This document shows positions 24,047 to 31,795 of a DNA stretch of 64,000 nucleotides, piece after piece. The DNA is from a virus, in the IMG/VR virus record IMGVR_UViG_3300029314_000002, positions 5,460 through 69,459 of that record. One strand, written 5' to 3'. The notes under the pieces were generated by a model. It made no database searches. It was not told where the DNA came from and saw only the letters and a program-made list of their open reading frames with translations. Positions within the stretch are counted from its first letter, which is position 1, and each line of letters begins with the position of its first letter. The position numbers and the translations under genes are program-made.

Positions 24047-24058
24047 GTTTGTTTTCCT

Positions 24059-24553
24059 CTACTCGAAACGGGGGATGTGGATGAAGGGGATGCCAGCAGC
24101 AGCGGCTGCTTGGCGATCTTCGGGGCTGTCTCCGGCATAAGTGGTGGCATCGGCTGCTTTGAGCATGAAGGGGCCGGGCTTGCGGCTTGCAGCGCCGATG
24201 TAGACATGCATGGAGGCGCCGGTGATGCGCAGGGGGATGATTTTGCGCAGCGCTATGGCGGTGTCTGTGATGCTGCCGGGGGACGCTTTGGGGTGATAGA
24301 CGCTGAGGTGAATGGCGACCAGGGGGTAGCCGGCTTTGGCGAGGACGCTGGCGGCGAAGGCCAGGCGTTCGGCAACCCGTTGGGGAGACGGGTATTTGGC
24401 CGGATCGGCCTGGCTGAAAACGACGCCGCCCTGGTTGCTGATGATGACGACCGGCTGCGGGGGAGGTAGCAGGTCGAACAGCGCGCGGTTGGGGCGGAGT
24501 TGGGTGTGATCCCCGTAGTTGAGGATCGTTCCGTCTAAGTCTAGTCCTAGCAT
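24059..24553 (-). CDS. HAD-IIIA-type phosphatase
   Basis: DLDGT, ISNQGG, C-terminal GDSPED. Confidence 0.75.
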   Translation of the reverse strand: MLGLDLDGTILNYGDHTQLRPNRALFDLLPPPQPVVIISNQGGVVFSQADPAKYPSPQRVAERLAFAASVLAKAGYPLVAIHLSVYHPKASPGSITDTAIALRKIIPLRITGASMHVYIGAASRKPGPFMLKAADATTYAGDSPEDRQAAAAAGIPFIHIPRFE

Positions 24554-24604
24554 TGTTCTCCTTTCGGCAAGGGAACGGTCCCAGACCGTTCCCTTGCTGT
24601 CGTT

Positions 24605-25534
24605 TCAGGCGGTCGGGGCCGAGGCGTAGATGATCCAGGCTTGGCCGATCTGGTCGCCGCCCATGCGCGTTCGCCAGCGGGCGGGGAGGAGGGAGCGGCG
24701 CAGCTCGTAATTGACGGCGGGGGTGGTCTGGCGACAATGGTCAACCATGCCGCCGGCACGAGCTTCGATCCAGGCGGCGGCCTGTGCGAGCCGGTCGGGG
24801 CCGGCAACGATGTAGAGGCATTTGGGGGGTTTGCGGCCGTTGGCAACCATGATTTTGATGCCGGCCGTGTGGCTGGTCTCAAGGTAGTAGGCGATCACGG
24901 GCTGCGTGGCGATCGCCAGGGGTTGTGCGGCAATTTGCGACGCCACTTTCGGCGAGACCAAGCTGGTGAGCAGTTGCCCCATGGCTGCAGCGTCAATTTT
25001 ACCCCAGTGGGCGCCCCACTGAGCGACGAAGAGTGCATCTTCGCGCCAGTCGCCGCAGATGAGGTAAATCTCGTGGGCCTTGGGGTCTTCGGTGGCCTGT
25101 ACGATCTGGGCATAGCCATGCCCGCCGATGTGGGTGGGCTGCAGGACGTAGGGGACGCCGTTGACGATGGTTGCGGCCTGCATGATCTGGGCGAGGGTCA
25201 TGGCCTGGGCGGTGGGCGGTTGGGCGGCGAGGCGGGCGGCTTTGAGGGCGATCCAGCCGGCGACCTGGTGGGCGCAGGCTTTGCGTCCGTTGACCAGGGG
25301 GGCGTCAAACCTGGCGTCGTTGCAGTCGCAGCCGCTGCCGGTGATGTGATAGCGGCCGGCGACGGTGATTGCGCCATCTGGTGCGACCACGACTGCATCA
25401 GCCCGCACGAGATCAACGGCGGTGGCGTACCGGTTGCCAACCTTGGCTTCGATAGCCCTGCTGGCGAGAATCGCCTGTTGGACGGCGGGAGAGTTGCTTC
25501 GCTGCACGGCTTGGGGTATAATTTGGGTGCTCAT
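24605..25534 (-). CDS. SWIM zinc-finger protein
   Basis: CDCNDARFDAPLVNGRKACAH. Confidence 0.6.
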   Translation of the reverse strand: MSTQIIPQAVQRSNSPAVQQAILASRAIEAKVGNRYATAVDLVRADAVVVAPDGAITVAGRYHITGSGCDCNDARFDAPLVNGRKACAHQVAGWIALKAARLAAQPPTAQAMTLAQIMQAATIVNGVPYVLQPTHIGGHGYAQIVQATEDPKAHEIYLICGDWREDALFVAQWGAHWGKIDAAAMGQLLTSLVSPKVASQIAAQPLAIATQPVIAYYLETSHTAGIKIMVANGRKPPKCLYIVAGPDRLAQAAAWIEARAGGMVDHCRQTTPAVNYELRRSLLPARWRTRMGGDQIGQAWIIYASAPTA

Positions 25535-25610
25535 GGAACGCTCCTTCCTGAGTATCTGGCCGGCGGATGGTGAGACATCTGCCGGCTGTTTTTTGTTCGT
25601 TCTATGTCAT

Positions 25611-25639
25611 ACTATATCATACTATAGGCGATTTGTCAA
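25611..25639 (-). promoter_or_regulatory. Consensus promoter TTGACA-N17-TATAGT
   Basis: Minus strand TTGACAAATCgcctatagtatgaTATAGT; ~45-bp block shared with 13055..13100. Confidence 0.65.
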
Positions 25640-25688
25640 TCTCCGAAGCTGACGAAATACTGACAAGTTATTGGATGTCATACGCCCG

Positions 25689-25717
25689 ATTGACAGGGGT
25701 GCGACGTTATGATATAG
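25689..25717 (+). promoter_or_regulatory. Consensus promoter TTGACA-N17-TATAGT
   Basis: TTGACAggggtgcgacgttatgaTATAGT upstream of the RHH gene. Confidence 0.65.
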
Positions 25718-25735
25718 TTGGGGAAAGGGGGCAAC

Positions 25736-25969
25736 ATGTACAATAAGCGAGAGGATAGTTTTCTGTTTCAGGTCAGGGTGAAGTATGACCTGCACGAGGC
25801 GGTGATGGCGCTGGTGAAGGAGACAGGGATCCCCGCGGCGGCGGTGATGCGCCGTGCGCTGGAGAATTGGGCGGCGACGGGCGGAGTATTGCCGGTGCGG
25901 GTTGTGAGACCTGAGACCGGAGACCTGAGACCGGAAGAACTCCCTTCTTCCACGAAACCCGATCTCTGA
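25736..25969 (+). CDS. Ribbon-helix-helix regulator
   Basis: FLFQVRVKYDLHEAVMALVKETGIPAAAVMRRALENW; the C-terminus runs into GAGACC repeats. Confidence 0.6.
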   Translation: MYNKREDSFLFQVRVKYDLHEAVMALVKETGIPAAAVMRRALENWAATGGVLPVRVVRPETGDLRPEELPSSTKPDL

Positions 25970-25999
25970 TCTCTGATCCATGATCTCTGATCTTTGACC
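25906..25999. repeat. GAGACCK heptamer run and inverted GATCTCT run
   Basis: gagacctgagaccggagacctgagaccgg ... gatctctgatctctgatccatgatctctgatcttt. Confidence 0.75.
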
Positions 26000-26013
26000 G
26001 GAGACCTGTGAGA

Positions 26014-26047
26014 GAGGCTGGACGCTCGCATCGTCCAGCCTCTTTTT
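26014..26047 (+). terminator. Terminator between convergent RHH and radC genes
   Basis: GAGGCTGGACG-ctcgcat-CGTCCAGCCTC + TTTTTGTTTT. Confidence 0.8.
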
Positions 26048-26063
26048 GTTTTGCGTTTGGACA

Positions 26064-26735
26064 TTAGAAGCCAAGTCCGCGCTCTTTGAGGGAGACCCAT
26101 CCGGGGTTGCCGATGATGATGTGATCGAGCACGTCTATGTCGAGCAGTTTGCCGGCTTCGACGATGGCGCGGGTGACGTTTACGTCTTCTGGGGAGGGCG
26201 AGGGGTCGCCAGAGGGGTGGTTGTGGGCGACGATGATGCAGGCGGCGTTGCGGCGGATGGCTGGGCGGAAGACTTCGGCAATGCGCACCCCCGCTGAGTT
26301 GACGCTGCCGATGGAGATGGTTTCGGTGCCGATGTGGCCGTTGCGGGTGTTGAGCAGGATGACGACGAGGTGCTCCTTTTCGTAGGTGCGCATGTAGAGG
26401 AGATGGTTGGCGGCATCCGCAGGGCTGAGAAGGGAGTCGCTGCGGTTGGGGGAGGTGAGGACGGCTCGCCGACCAAGCTCCAGGGCGGCTTTGATGCGCG
26501 CGGCGCGCGTGGGGCCGATGTCGGGGATGGCGGTGAGTTCTTCGAGGGTCATGTTGATGAGACCGGATAGGTGCCCGGCTCGGGCGATGAGGGCGCTGCT
26601 GGTGTCGAGGGTGGCACAGCCCAGGATGATTTGGAGTAATTCGCCGGCGTTGAGGGCGCCAGTGCCGAATGTTTCGGCGCGGTAGATGGGCCTTTCGGTG
26701 GCTGGCAGGTCACGCACACAGAGCTTGGCGGTCAT
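26064..26735 (-). CDS. radC: RadC-like JAB/MPN domain protein
   Basis: HNHPSGDPSPSPED JAMM motif; N-terminal helix-hairpin-helix region. Confidence 0.9.
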   Translation of the reverse strand: MTAKLCVRDLPATERPIYRAETFGTGALNAGELLQIILGCATLDTSSALIARAGHLSGLINMTLEELTAIPDIGPTRAARIKAALELGRRAVLTSPNRSDSLLSPADAANHLLYMRTYEKEHLVVILLNTRNGHIGTETISIGSVNSAGVRIAEVFRPAIRRNAACIIVAHNHPSGDPSPSPEDVNVTRAIVEAGKLLDIDVLDHIIIGNPGWVSLKERGLGF

Positions 26736-26780
26736 GAGAGTGATTCCTTTCTGACTGGGTTCGATTGAACTGACGGTCTC

Positions 26781-26809
26781 ACTCTCTCACAGGCAGATGG
26801 GGGTGTCAA
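26781..26809 (-). promoter_or_regulatory. Cassette promoter A: TTGACA-N17(TGa)-GAGAGT with conserved leader
   Basis: One of four near-identical promoter/leader units (see 28284, 30464, 31612). Confidence 0.5.
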
Positions 26810-26822
26810 TCTCTTGACGATT

Positions 26823-27098
26823 CGAGTTTATCCCTGAGTTTTGGAAGGTTGACGGGAGTGGGTTTGGGATACGGCAGAGGTGGGGCGCCGATGTGGCGCG
26901 CGGATGCGCGAAAGAATGCTTGCCCAGGAACTGCTGAGAGGCGCTATGAGCGTCTGCGGCATAGGACGGTATGGTGTGAGGGCGATGATGCCTGGGAGCG
27001 CCCAGGAGGTAGCCGGTTGGCGGAGGAATGACGATGGGGTGAAGGTGAGAGGTTTCAGTGAACGCGGGCAGATGCGCCTGGGGGCATCTGTCGGGGAA
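26823..27098. repeat. ~270-nt conserved non-coding element, copy A
   Basis: Alignable to 30506..30765 at roughly three quarters identity by eye, with a 1-nt indel that breaks every frame. Confidence 0.75.
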
Positions 27099-27100
27099 GA

Positions 27101-27134
27101 CACAGGCGGCGACATGCAGATGTCGCCGCCTGTG
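27101..27134. terminator. Hairpin ACAGGCGGCGACAT-N-ATGTCGCCGCCTGT (copy A)
   Basis: 15-bp stem; the T-rich run (TTGTTT) lies on the plus strand; near-identical to 30890..30922. Confidence 0.6.
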
Positions 27135-27158
27135 TTGTTTGGGTAGAGAGGGGCAGGT

Positions 27159-27782
27159 TCAATCGAAAAGGGTGGGGTTTTCGGGGAATTCAGGGAACAA
27201 TTCGGGGGACGCGGCAGATTTGGATGTGCGCTTGCCCCAGGTGATTTCGATGAAGTCGTTCTGCCAGTAGTGGGCTGCGCGATCGGTGTAGGGATCGGGG
27301 GTTTCGGAGGGCGGGTTGAGTTGACAACCGATTTCGAGCCAGTGCTGGACGCCACGGGCCATTGAACGGCCGCGGCCGGTGTGTTTGTCCAGGGCGTAGT
27401 CGGGGACTTCAAGGCGCTTGCCGTGCAGCCGGTCCTGGTGAACGGCGCATTGGAAGTGGTCGGCCAGCCTGGATTTGGGGGATCGGCACATGACGAGGAT
27501 GGTGTTGGCGAGGATGAGCCGGGCGCTGGAGTCTTTGCCCTCGCTGCGCATCTCGAAGTAGAGGGTGCGCTGGTTGGGGACAAGGGCGAGCAGGCCGGGG
27601 TTGGCGATGCCGATGTCTTCGTTGGCGATGATGATGAGCCGGCGCCAAAGGTACGTTTCGAACTTGGGGATGAGTTCGAGCGACCAGTACATGGCAGCTT
27701 CTTCGTTGGCACGGCGAATCTCTTTTTGCAGGGACGAGATTACGTCGAACAGGTTGTAGTGGTTTTGGGTGACGATGTTCAT
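27159..27782 (-). CDS. Stand-alone MgsA_C/RarA-lid-like helical protein (no AAA+ core)
   Basis: YNLFDVISSLQKEIRRANEEAAMYWSLEL...RRLIIIANEDIGIANP. Confidence 0.65.
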   Translation of the reverse strand: MNIVTQNHYNLFDVISSLQKEIRRANEEAAMYWSLELIPKFETYLWRRLIIIANEDIGIANPGLLALVPNQRTLYFEMRSEGKDSSARLILANTILVMCRSPKSRLADHFQCAVHQDRLHGKRLEVPDYALDKHTGRGRSMARGVQHWLEIGCQLNPPSETPDPYTDRAAHYWQNDFIEITWGKRTSKSAASPELFPEFPENPTLFD

Positions 27783-27804
27783 GTGTGATCTCCTTTGGTG
27801 CGAA

Positions 27805-27833
27805 AGTTTCGCACGCCTGTTCTAATATGTCAA
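27805..27833 (-). promoter_or_regulatory. Promoter TTGACA-N17(TGc)-GAAACT
   Basis: The -35 hexamer overlaps the stop of the upstream gene; palindrome GTGCGAAAgTTTCGCAC in the leader. Confidence 0.45.
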
Positions 27834-28237
27834 TCCTGATCCGGGAGCATGAGGGTGATGACGGGTTCGGCGTTGTCGCCGGGGCCAACGACGAGCTTGA
27901 AGGTGAAGATTTCACGGTCTTCGATGCCGGTGATTTTGACCTGGAATAGCACTGTGGCGGGATCGGGGCGGGCGATGATGTAGCGCAGGCTCATCCACAT
28001 GATGTCGTTCCAAATGCCGGTCAAGTCGTTGTGGAGAAGCGGGTTGTCTGCGGCTTGCTCGATGATGAAGAAGACTTCGGCGGTCATGGCGATGGGGTAT
28101 TTGTAGGTTTGCCGGCTGATCTGTCCGAGTGGGCCGGTGGAGGCATCTACGAGAACGCCGTCGGCGATGGCTTGTGCTCTGCTGTAGCTGAAGATGAGAT
28201 CGGCGTCTGTCCAGGGGGCGGTGGGCGGGATGTTCAT
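27830..28237 (-). CDS. Hypothetical protein of a plasmid/ICE-associated family (name not recalled)
   Basis: Start MNIPPTAPW; IFSYSRAQAIADGVLVD ... GPGDNAEPVITLMLPDQD. Confidence 0.6.
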   Translation of the reverse strand: MNIPPTAPWTDADLIFSYSRAQAIADGVLVDASTGPLGQISRQTYKYPIAMTAEVFFIIEQAADNPLLHNDLTGIWNDIMWMSLRYIIARPDPATVLFQVKITGIEDREIFTFKLVVGPGDNAEPVITLMLPDQD

Positions 28238-28283
28238 GATTTTGCTGTCCTTTCTGGCTAGATTTGATTGAACTGACAGGTTG

Positions 28284-28312
28284 ACTCTCGCACGAGAGGC
28301 ATGAGAAGTCAA
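28284..28312 (-). promoter_or_regulatory. Cassette promoter D: TTGACT-N17(TGc)-GAGAGT with leader
   Basis: Shares AGAGATTGAC, GAGAGT, GTCAGTTCAATC and CAGAAAGGA blocks. Confidence 0.5.
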
Positions 28313-28405
28313 TCTCTTTGGTGGGCGAGTTTTCACGCAGGTTTCCACCAGTTTTTGTCGCCGACCGGCCCTGGCTGGGGGCAGGGCCGGCCGCGTTGGA
28401 ATGGG

Positions 28406-29416
28406 TCAGGGGCGGAGTTGGCTGCCGGAGCGGAGGGGGCTGGGGCCGTGCGGCGGGTAGGCAAAGCCGGCTTCGAGTATGGCCTGGTAGAAGCTGCCGA
28501 TGATAGGGGCGATGGCCTGCAGGTGCGGGTCAGGGTTGGTGAGCAGCTCATGGATGTAGGTTTCGATGCTGAGGCCGATTGAGCCTACGCGGCGCATTTT
28601 GGGGATGGCGCCATCCACGGGGAAAACGGGCTGCTGCCAGGCGGTGCGGCTGGCGGCATGGTCGTCGAGGGTTTGGGTGATGAAGAAGTCAAGGTTGAAC
28701 ATTGTGTCCTGGGCTTGTTCGGCGCGCAGGCGGTTGCAGATGGCGCGGAATTCGCGCAGGAGGGGGCGCTCGGAGGTGTTCAGGTAACGGAAGGCGATGA
28801 ATTGGCGGTTGCGGTCGAGATCGGCCATGCACTCGCCGAATTGGACGCCGACGATGTTCTGTTGGACAAGGCGTTGTACGTCGGGGATGAGGTGCAAGAG
28901 GCTGAGGCGGGCCTGGATGCGTTTGGGGGTGACTTTGGCGGTGCGGGCGAGATGGGCGATTGTCCAGTCGAATTGGTCGAGGCGCTTTTGGTAGGCGCGG
29001 GCTTCGTCAATAGGGTCTATGTCAACGCGATGGACGTTTTCGATGAGCATGATGGCGCTGGCTTGCTGATCGGTGAGGTCGCGGATGATGGCGGGGACGG
29101 TGGGCCAGGCGAGCAGGCCGATGGCGCGCCAGCGGCGTTCGCCGGCGACGATCTGGTAGACGGCGGGCCAGGTGGCGCCGGCGCAGTCGCAGTATTCGGT
29201 GGGGCGGTCGCCTGTGCAGGTGATTTGGCGGCAGCGTGGGCAGTGGTAGAGGGGGCGGACGGTGATGGGTTGGATGAGGCCTTCGGCTGCGATGCTGTCG
29301 GCGAGGGTCTGGAGGTCTTCGGGGCGGAAGACGGTGCGGTCGTTGTCGCCAGTGCTGATCTGGTGGTAGGGGATGGGGGTGATGGTCGGCTGGACTGTGT
29401 GCGAATCGGCAGGCAT
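28406..29416 (-). CDS. ParB/Srx-family protein with zinc-ribbon insert
   Basis: GLIQPITVRP ... IVAGERRWRA ... MLIENVHR; CPRCRQITC...CDC. Confidence 0.85.
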   Translation of the reverse strand: MPADSHTVQPTITPIPYHQISTGDNDRTVFRPEDLQTLADSIAAEGLIQPITVRPLYHCPRCRQITCTGDRPTEYCDCAGATWPAVYQIVAGERRWRAIGLLAWPTVPAIIRDLTDQQASAIMLIENVHRVDIDPIDEARAYQKRLDQFDWTIAHLARTAKVTPKRIQARLSLLHLIPDVQRLVQQNIVGVQFGECMADLDRNRQFIAFRYLNTSERPLLREFRAICNRLRAEQAQDTMFNLDFFITQTLDDHAASRTAWQQPVFPVDGAIPKMRRVGSIGLSIETYIHELLTNPDPHLQAIAPIIGSFYQAILEAGFAYPPHGPSPLRSGSQLRP

Positions 29417-29488
29417 GGTCAGGTCCTTTCATGGTGAACGATGGGGCCAGCAGCGGGGGGCTGCTGGCGACTGAGAATGAATCGGGGA

Positions 29489-30418
29489 TCAATGCGGACG
29501 ATTGGCGAACACGCTGATGCAGCGTTGCTGGAGTTCGGTAACTTTTTCGCCGTAGGCGATCCAGGTTGCTTTGGGCCAGCCGTAGGGGATTCGGGCGCTG
29601 CCCGGTTTTCGCTGCGTCTGGCCGAGGGCTTGTAGAAGCTCGTCGCCGGCCTCTTGCCATTCTGGGCAGCACAGCTGAAAATCGAATTTGGGTGATTGGG
29701 GAACCTGGGCGGCACGGTGGCAGAGGCCGAGGGCGGTGGTGATGTAGCCGATGGCTTTGATGCTGTTCAGGGTGGCGGCGAAGATGCGAAACTCGATTGT
29801 CTGTTTGCTGTTGAACAGGTTGCACAAGTTGAGCGTGTGGTAGCGATCTTCGATTTTGCGCTCTTTGACCAGGTCAAGATCGTCGGTTGTGGCGATGAGC
29901 ATGTTTTCGTCACGGGTTTTGACGGTTTTGCAGTAGTCGTTACGCATGCGCTCAGGAGAGTTGATGGTGGCGTAGATGCCGAATTCGTGATGGCTGACCA
30001 GGTTGAGGATGCGATGAAGGAAACGCACCATGACCGGCGATGTTTCCGGGGATTCGCCCAGCAGGGAGGCGATGCCTACGTGTACGTGGAAGCCGCAGGT
30101 GCTGTTGATTTTGGCTTCTGCGGCGTTGAGCAAGTCGAAGATTTGGACGATTTCTGAGATGCCCTGACTGCCGTGCAACACCGGGGAGACGATTTCGAGC
30201 GGCGTGTAGCCGGCGGGACAGTTGCGCAGGGAACTATCGGCCTGGGTTTCCCACAGCGGCGGGAAGGGGGCGGGAAGGGCGTACCCGTGATGGTAGCGAC
30301 CAATGCGGATGGCGTTCTCCCACAGATAGGAGTTGGGGAGGAAACACTCGATCTCTACGCCGAAGGTGATTTGCTCGGCGTCAACGGTGATGAAGCGGGA
30401 CTTGTTATTGGCGGCCAT
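29489..30418 (-). CDS. Amidoligase_2-type (GS-like carboxylate-amine ligase) enzyme
   Basis: FGVEIE, LEIVSP, CGFHVHVG, TIEFRIF; start MAANNK (30418) fits the cassette RBS spacing. Confidence 0.75.
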   Translation of the reverse strand: MAANNKSRFITVDAEQITFGVEIECFLPNSYLWENAIRIGRYHHGYALPAPFPPLWETQADSSLRNCPAGYTPLEIVSPVLHGSQGISEIVQIFDLLNAAEAKINSTCGFHVHVGIASLLGESPETSPVMVRFLHRILNLVSHHEFGIYATINSPERMRNDYCKTVKTRDENMLIATTDDLDLVKERKIEDRYHTLNLCNLFNSKQTIEFRIFAATLNSIKAIGYITTALGLCHRAAQVPQSPKFDFQLCCPEWQEAGDELLQALGQTQRKPGSARIPYGWPKATWIAYGEKVTELQQRCISVFANRPH

Positions 30419-30463
30419 GGGTGACATTCCTTTCTGACTGGGTTCGATTGAACTGACGGTCTC

Positions 30464-30492
30464 ACTCTCTCACCGACAAATCGGGGGGTCAA
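30464..30492 (-). promoter_or_regulatory. Cassette promoter B: TTGACC-N17(TGa)-GAGAGT with leader
   Basis: Leader identical to copy A over about 45 nt. Confidence 0.5.
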
Positions 30493-30505
30493 TCTCTGTG
30501 CGGCA

Positions 30506-30765
30506 CGAGTTTATCCCTGAGTTTTGGAAGGTTGGCGAGGTTGATTTTGGGATACGGCAGAGGTGGGGCGCCGATGTGGCGCGCGGGCGCTCTGAAAGTG
30601 CTCACCCAGGAACTGCCGGAAGGCGCCATGCGCGTGCTGGGCATAGGACAGTATGGCGTGAGGGCGATGGCACTTGAGAGCACCCATGAGCCGCCGGTTG
30701 GCGTTGGGGATGAAGGGAGATGTGCTTGGTGAACGCGTGTGGATGCACCTGGGGGCATTTGTGAG
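30506..30765. repeat. ~270-nt conserved non-coding element, copy B
   Basis: See 26823..27098. Confidence 0.75.
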
Positions 30766-30829
30766 GGCGTTGCGGTGAATTGGTTTGGGGGTTTGGTGGC
30801 TTAGATGTATAATTGGCGGGAGCCTTCTT

Positions 30830-30870
30830 GTCCTTTCTGGCTGTGATTGAACTGACATTCTCCATGACTA
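30830..30870 (-). repeat. Orphan leader remnant (copy E) without ORF
   Basis: GTCAGTTCAATCacagcCAGAAAGGAca, followed by no start codon. Confidence 0.6.
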
Positions 30871-30889
30871 GGGACGATGATAAGAGGCG

Positions 30890-30927
30890 ACAGGCGGCGA
30901 CATGTCACATGTCGCCGCCTGTTTTTG
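30890..30927. terminator. Hairpin ACAGGCGGCGACAT-N-ATGTCGCCGCCTGT (copy B)
   Basis: 14-bp stem followed on the plus strand by TTTTTGTTT. Confidence 0.65.
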
Positions 30928-30933
30928 TTTGGT

Positions 30934-31563
30934 TCAGGAAAGGGCGAGGAAGGAGGCGAAAAGGGCGGTGGATGTCGGGGACTGCAAGATTTCAGGGTGC
31001 CATTGTACTGAGATGACGGGCAGGCGGGGGTGTTCGATGGATTCGACGATGCCGCCGGCTGTGGCGGCGATGCGCCAGCCGGCGGGGACATCGGCGACGG
31101 CCTGGTGGTGCAATGAGTTGACCTGACAGGTGCGCGTCTTGAGGATGCGGCTGAGCCGGCTGCGAGAGACGATGACGATGTCGTGGATGTTCGAGCGATG
31201 TTCGATGCCAGTATCCTGCCAGATGTCCTGGTGGAGGGTGCCGCCGGCGACGGCGCAAATCATCTGGTGCCCGCGACAGATGCCCATGATTGGTTTGGCG
31301 TCAGCCAGGGCAAGGGTGGCGAGGCCGTATTCGAGCGGATCGCGGCGGGATGCGACGGGGTGGGCGAAGCGCACGCGGGTATTGTAGTAGGATGGGTGAA
31401 TGTCGGCGCCGCCGGGGAGGAGGATGTGCGAGGCCTTTTCGTACATTTTGTACGGGTTTTCGTTGGGGGCGAGGATGTGGACGCTGGCGCCGAGGGTGCT
31501 GAGTCTCCAGCAGATGTGGTCCGTGAAGGAGCCTGGGGTGACGAGGACATGCGGTTTGACCAT
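30934..31563 (-). CDS. Class-I glutamine amidotransferase (peptidase C26 / PuuD-like)
   Basis: GICRGHQ nucleophile elbow; VQWHPE. Confidence 0.85.
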   Translation of the reverse strand: MVKPHVLVTPGSFTDHICWRLSTLGASVHILAPNENPYKMYEKASHILLPGGADIHPSYYNTRVRFAHPVASRRDPLEYGLATLALADAKPIMGICRGHQMICAVAGGTLHQDIWQDTGIEHRSNIHDIVIVSRSRLSRILKTRTCQVNSLHHQAVADVPAGWRIAATAGGIVESIEHPRLPVISVQWHPEILQSPTSTALFASFLALS

Positions 31564-31611
31564 GAGAATGATTCCTTTCTGATCTGTGAATTCGGTTGAA
31601 CTGACGGTCTC

Positions 31612-31640
31612 ACTCTCTCACAGGCCAATCGAGGTGTCAA
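31612..31640 (-). promoter_or_regulatory. Cassette promoter C: TTGACA-N17(TGa)-GAGAGT with leader
   Basis: Same architecture as copies A and B. Confidence 0.5.
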
Positions 31641-31724
31641 TCTCTGGGCGGTACGAGTTTATCCCTGAGTTTTTTGGGACTGATTTGGGATACGGGAAAC
31701 GAGTTTGGTCGACGCGCGTGCGCG

Positions 31725-31772
31725 AAAAAACCAGAAGCCTCGTGAATCGGTGTTCACGAGGCTTCTGGTTTT
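31725..31772. terminator. Bidirectional terminator
   Basis: AAAAAA-CCAGAAGCCTCGTGAA-tcggtg-TTCACGAGGCTTCTGG-TTTT. Confidence 0.8.
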
Positions 31773-31795
31773 GTGGGGGGGCGATGGGCGCCCGT

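Noticed and set aside
25553-25590. Hairpin CCGGCGGATG-gtgaga-CATCTGCCGG + TTTTTT as terminator
   Set aside because: The T-run is on the plus strand but no plus-strand gene ends here. It lies within the 5' leader of the minus-strand SWIM-protein operon, so its role is unclear and it is not called.
26849-27146. Small plus-strand ORFs inside the ~270-nt repeated element (26849..27031, 26880..27146, 30532..30732) and minus-strand ORFs 26828..27712, 30511..30858
   Set aside because: Copies A and B differ by a 1-nt indel, so no frame is shared across the element. Substitutions are not concentrated at third positions on either strand.
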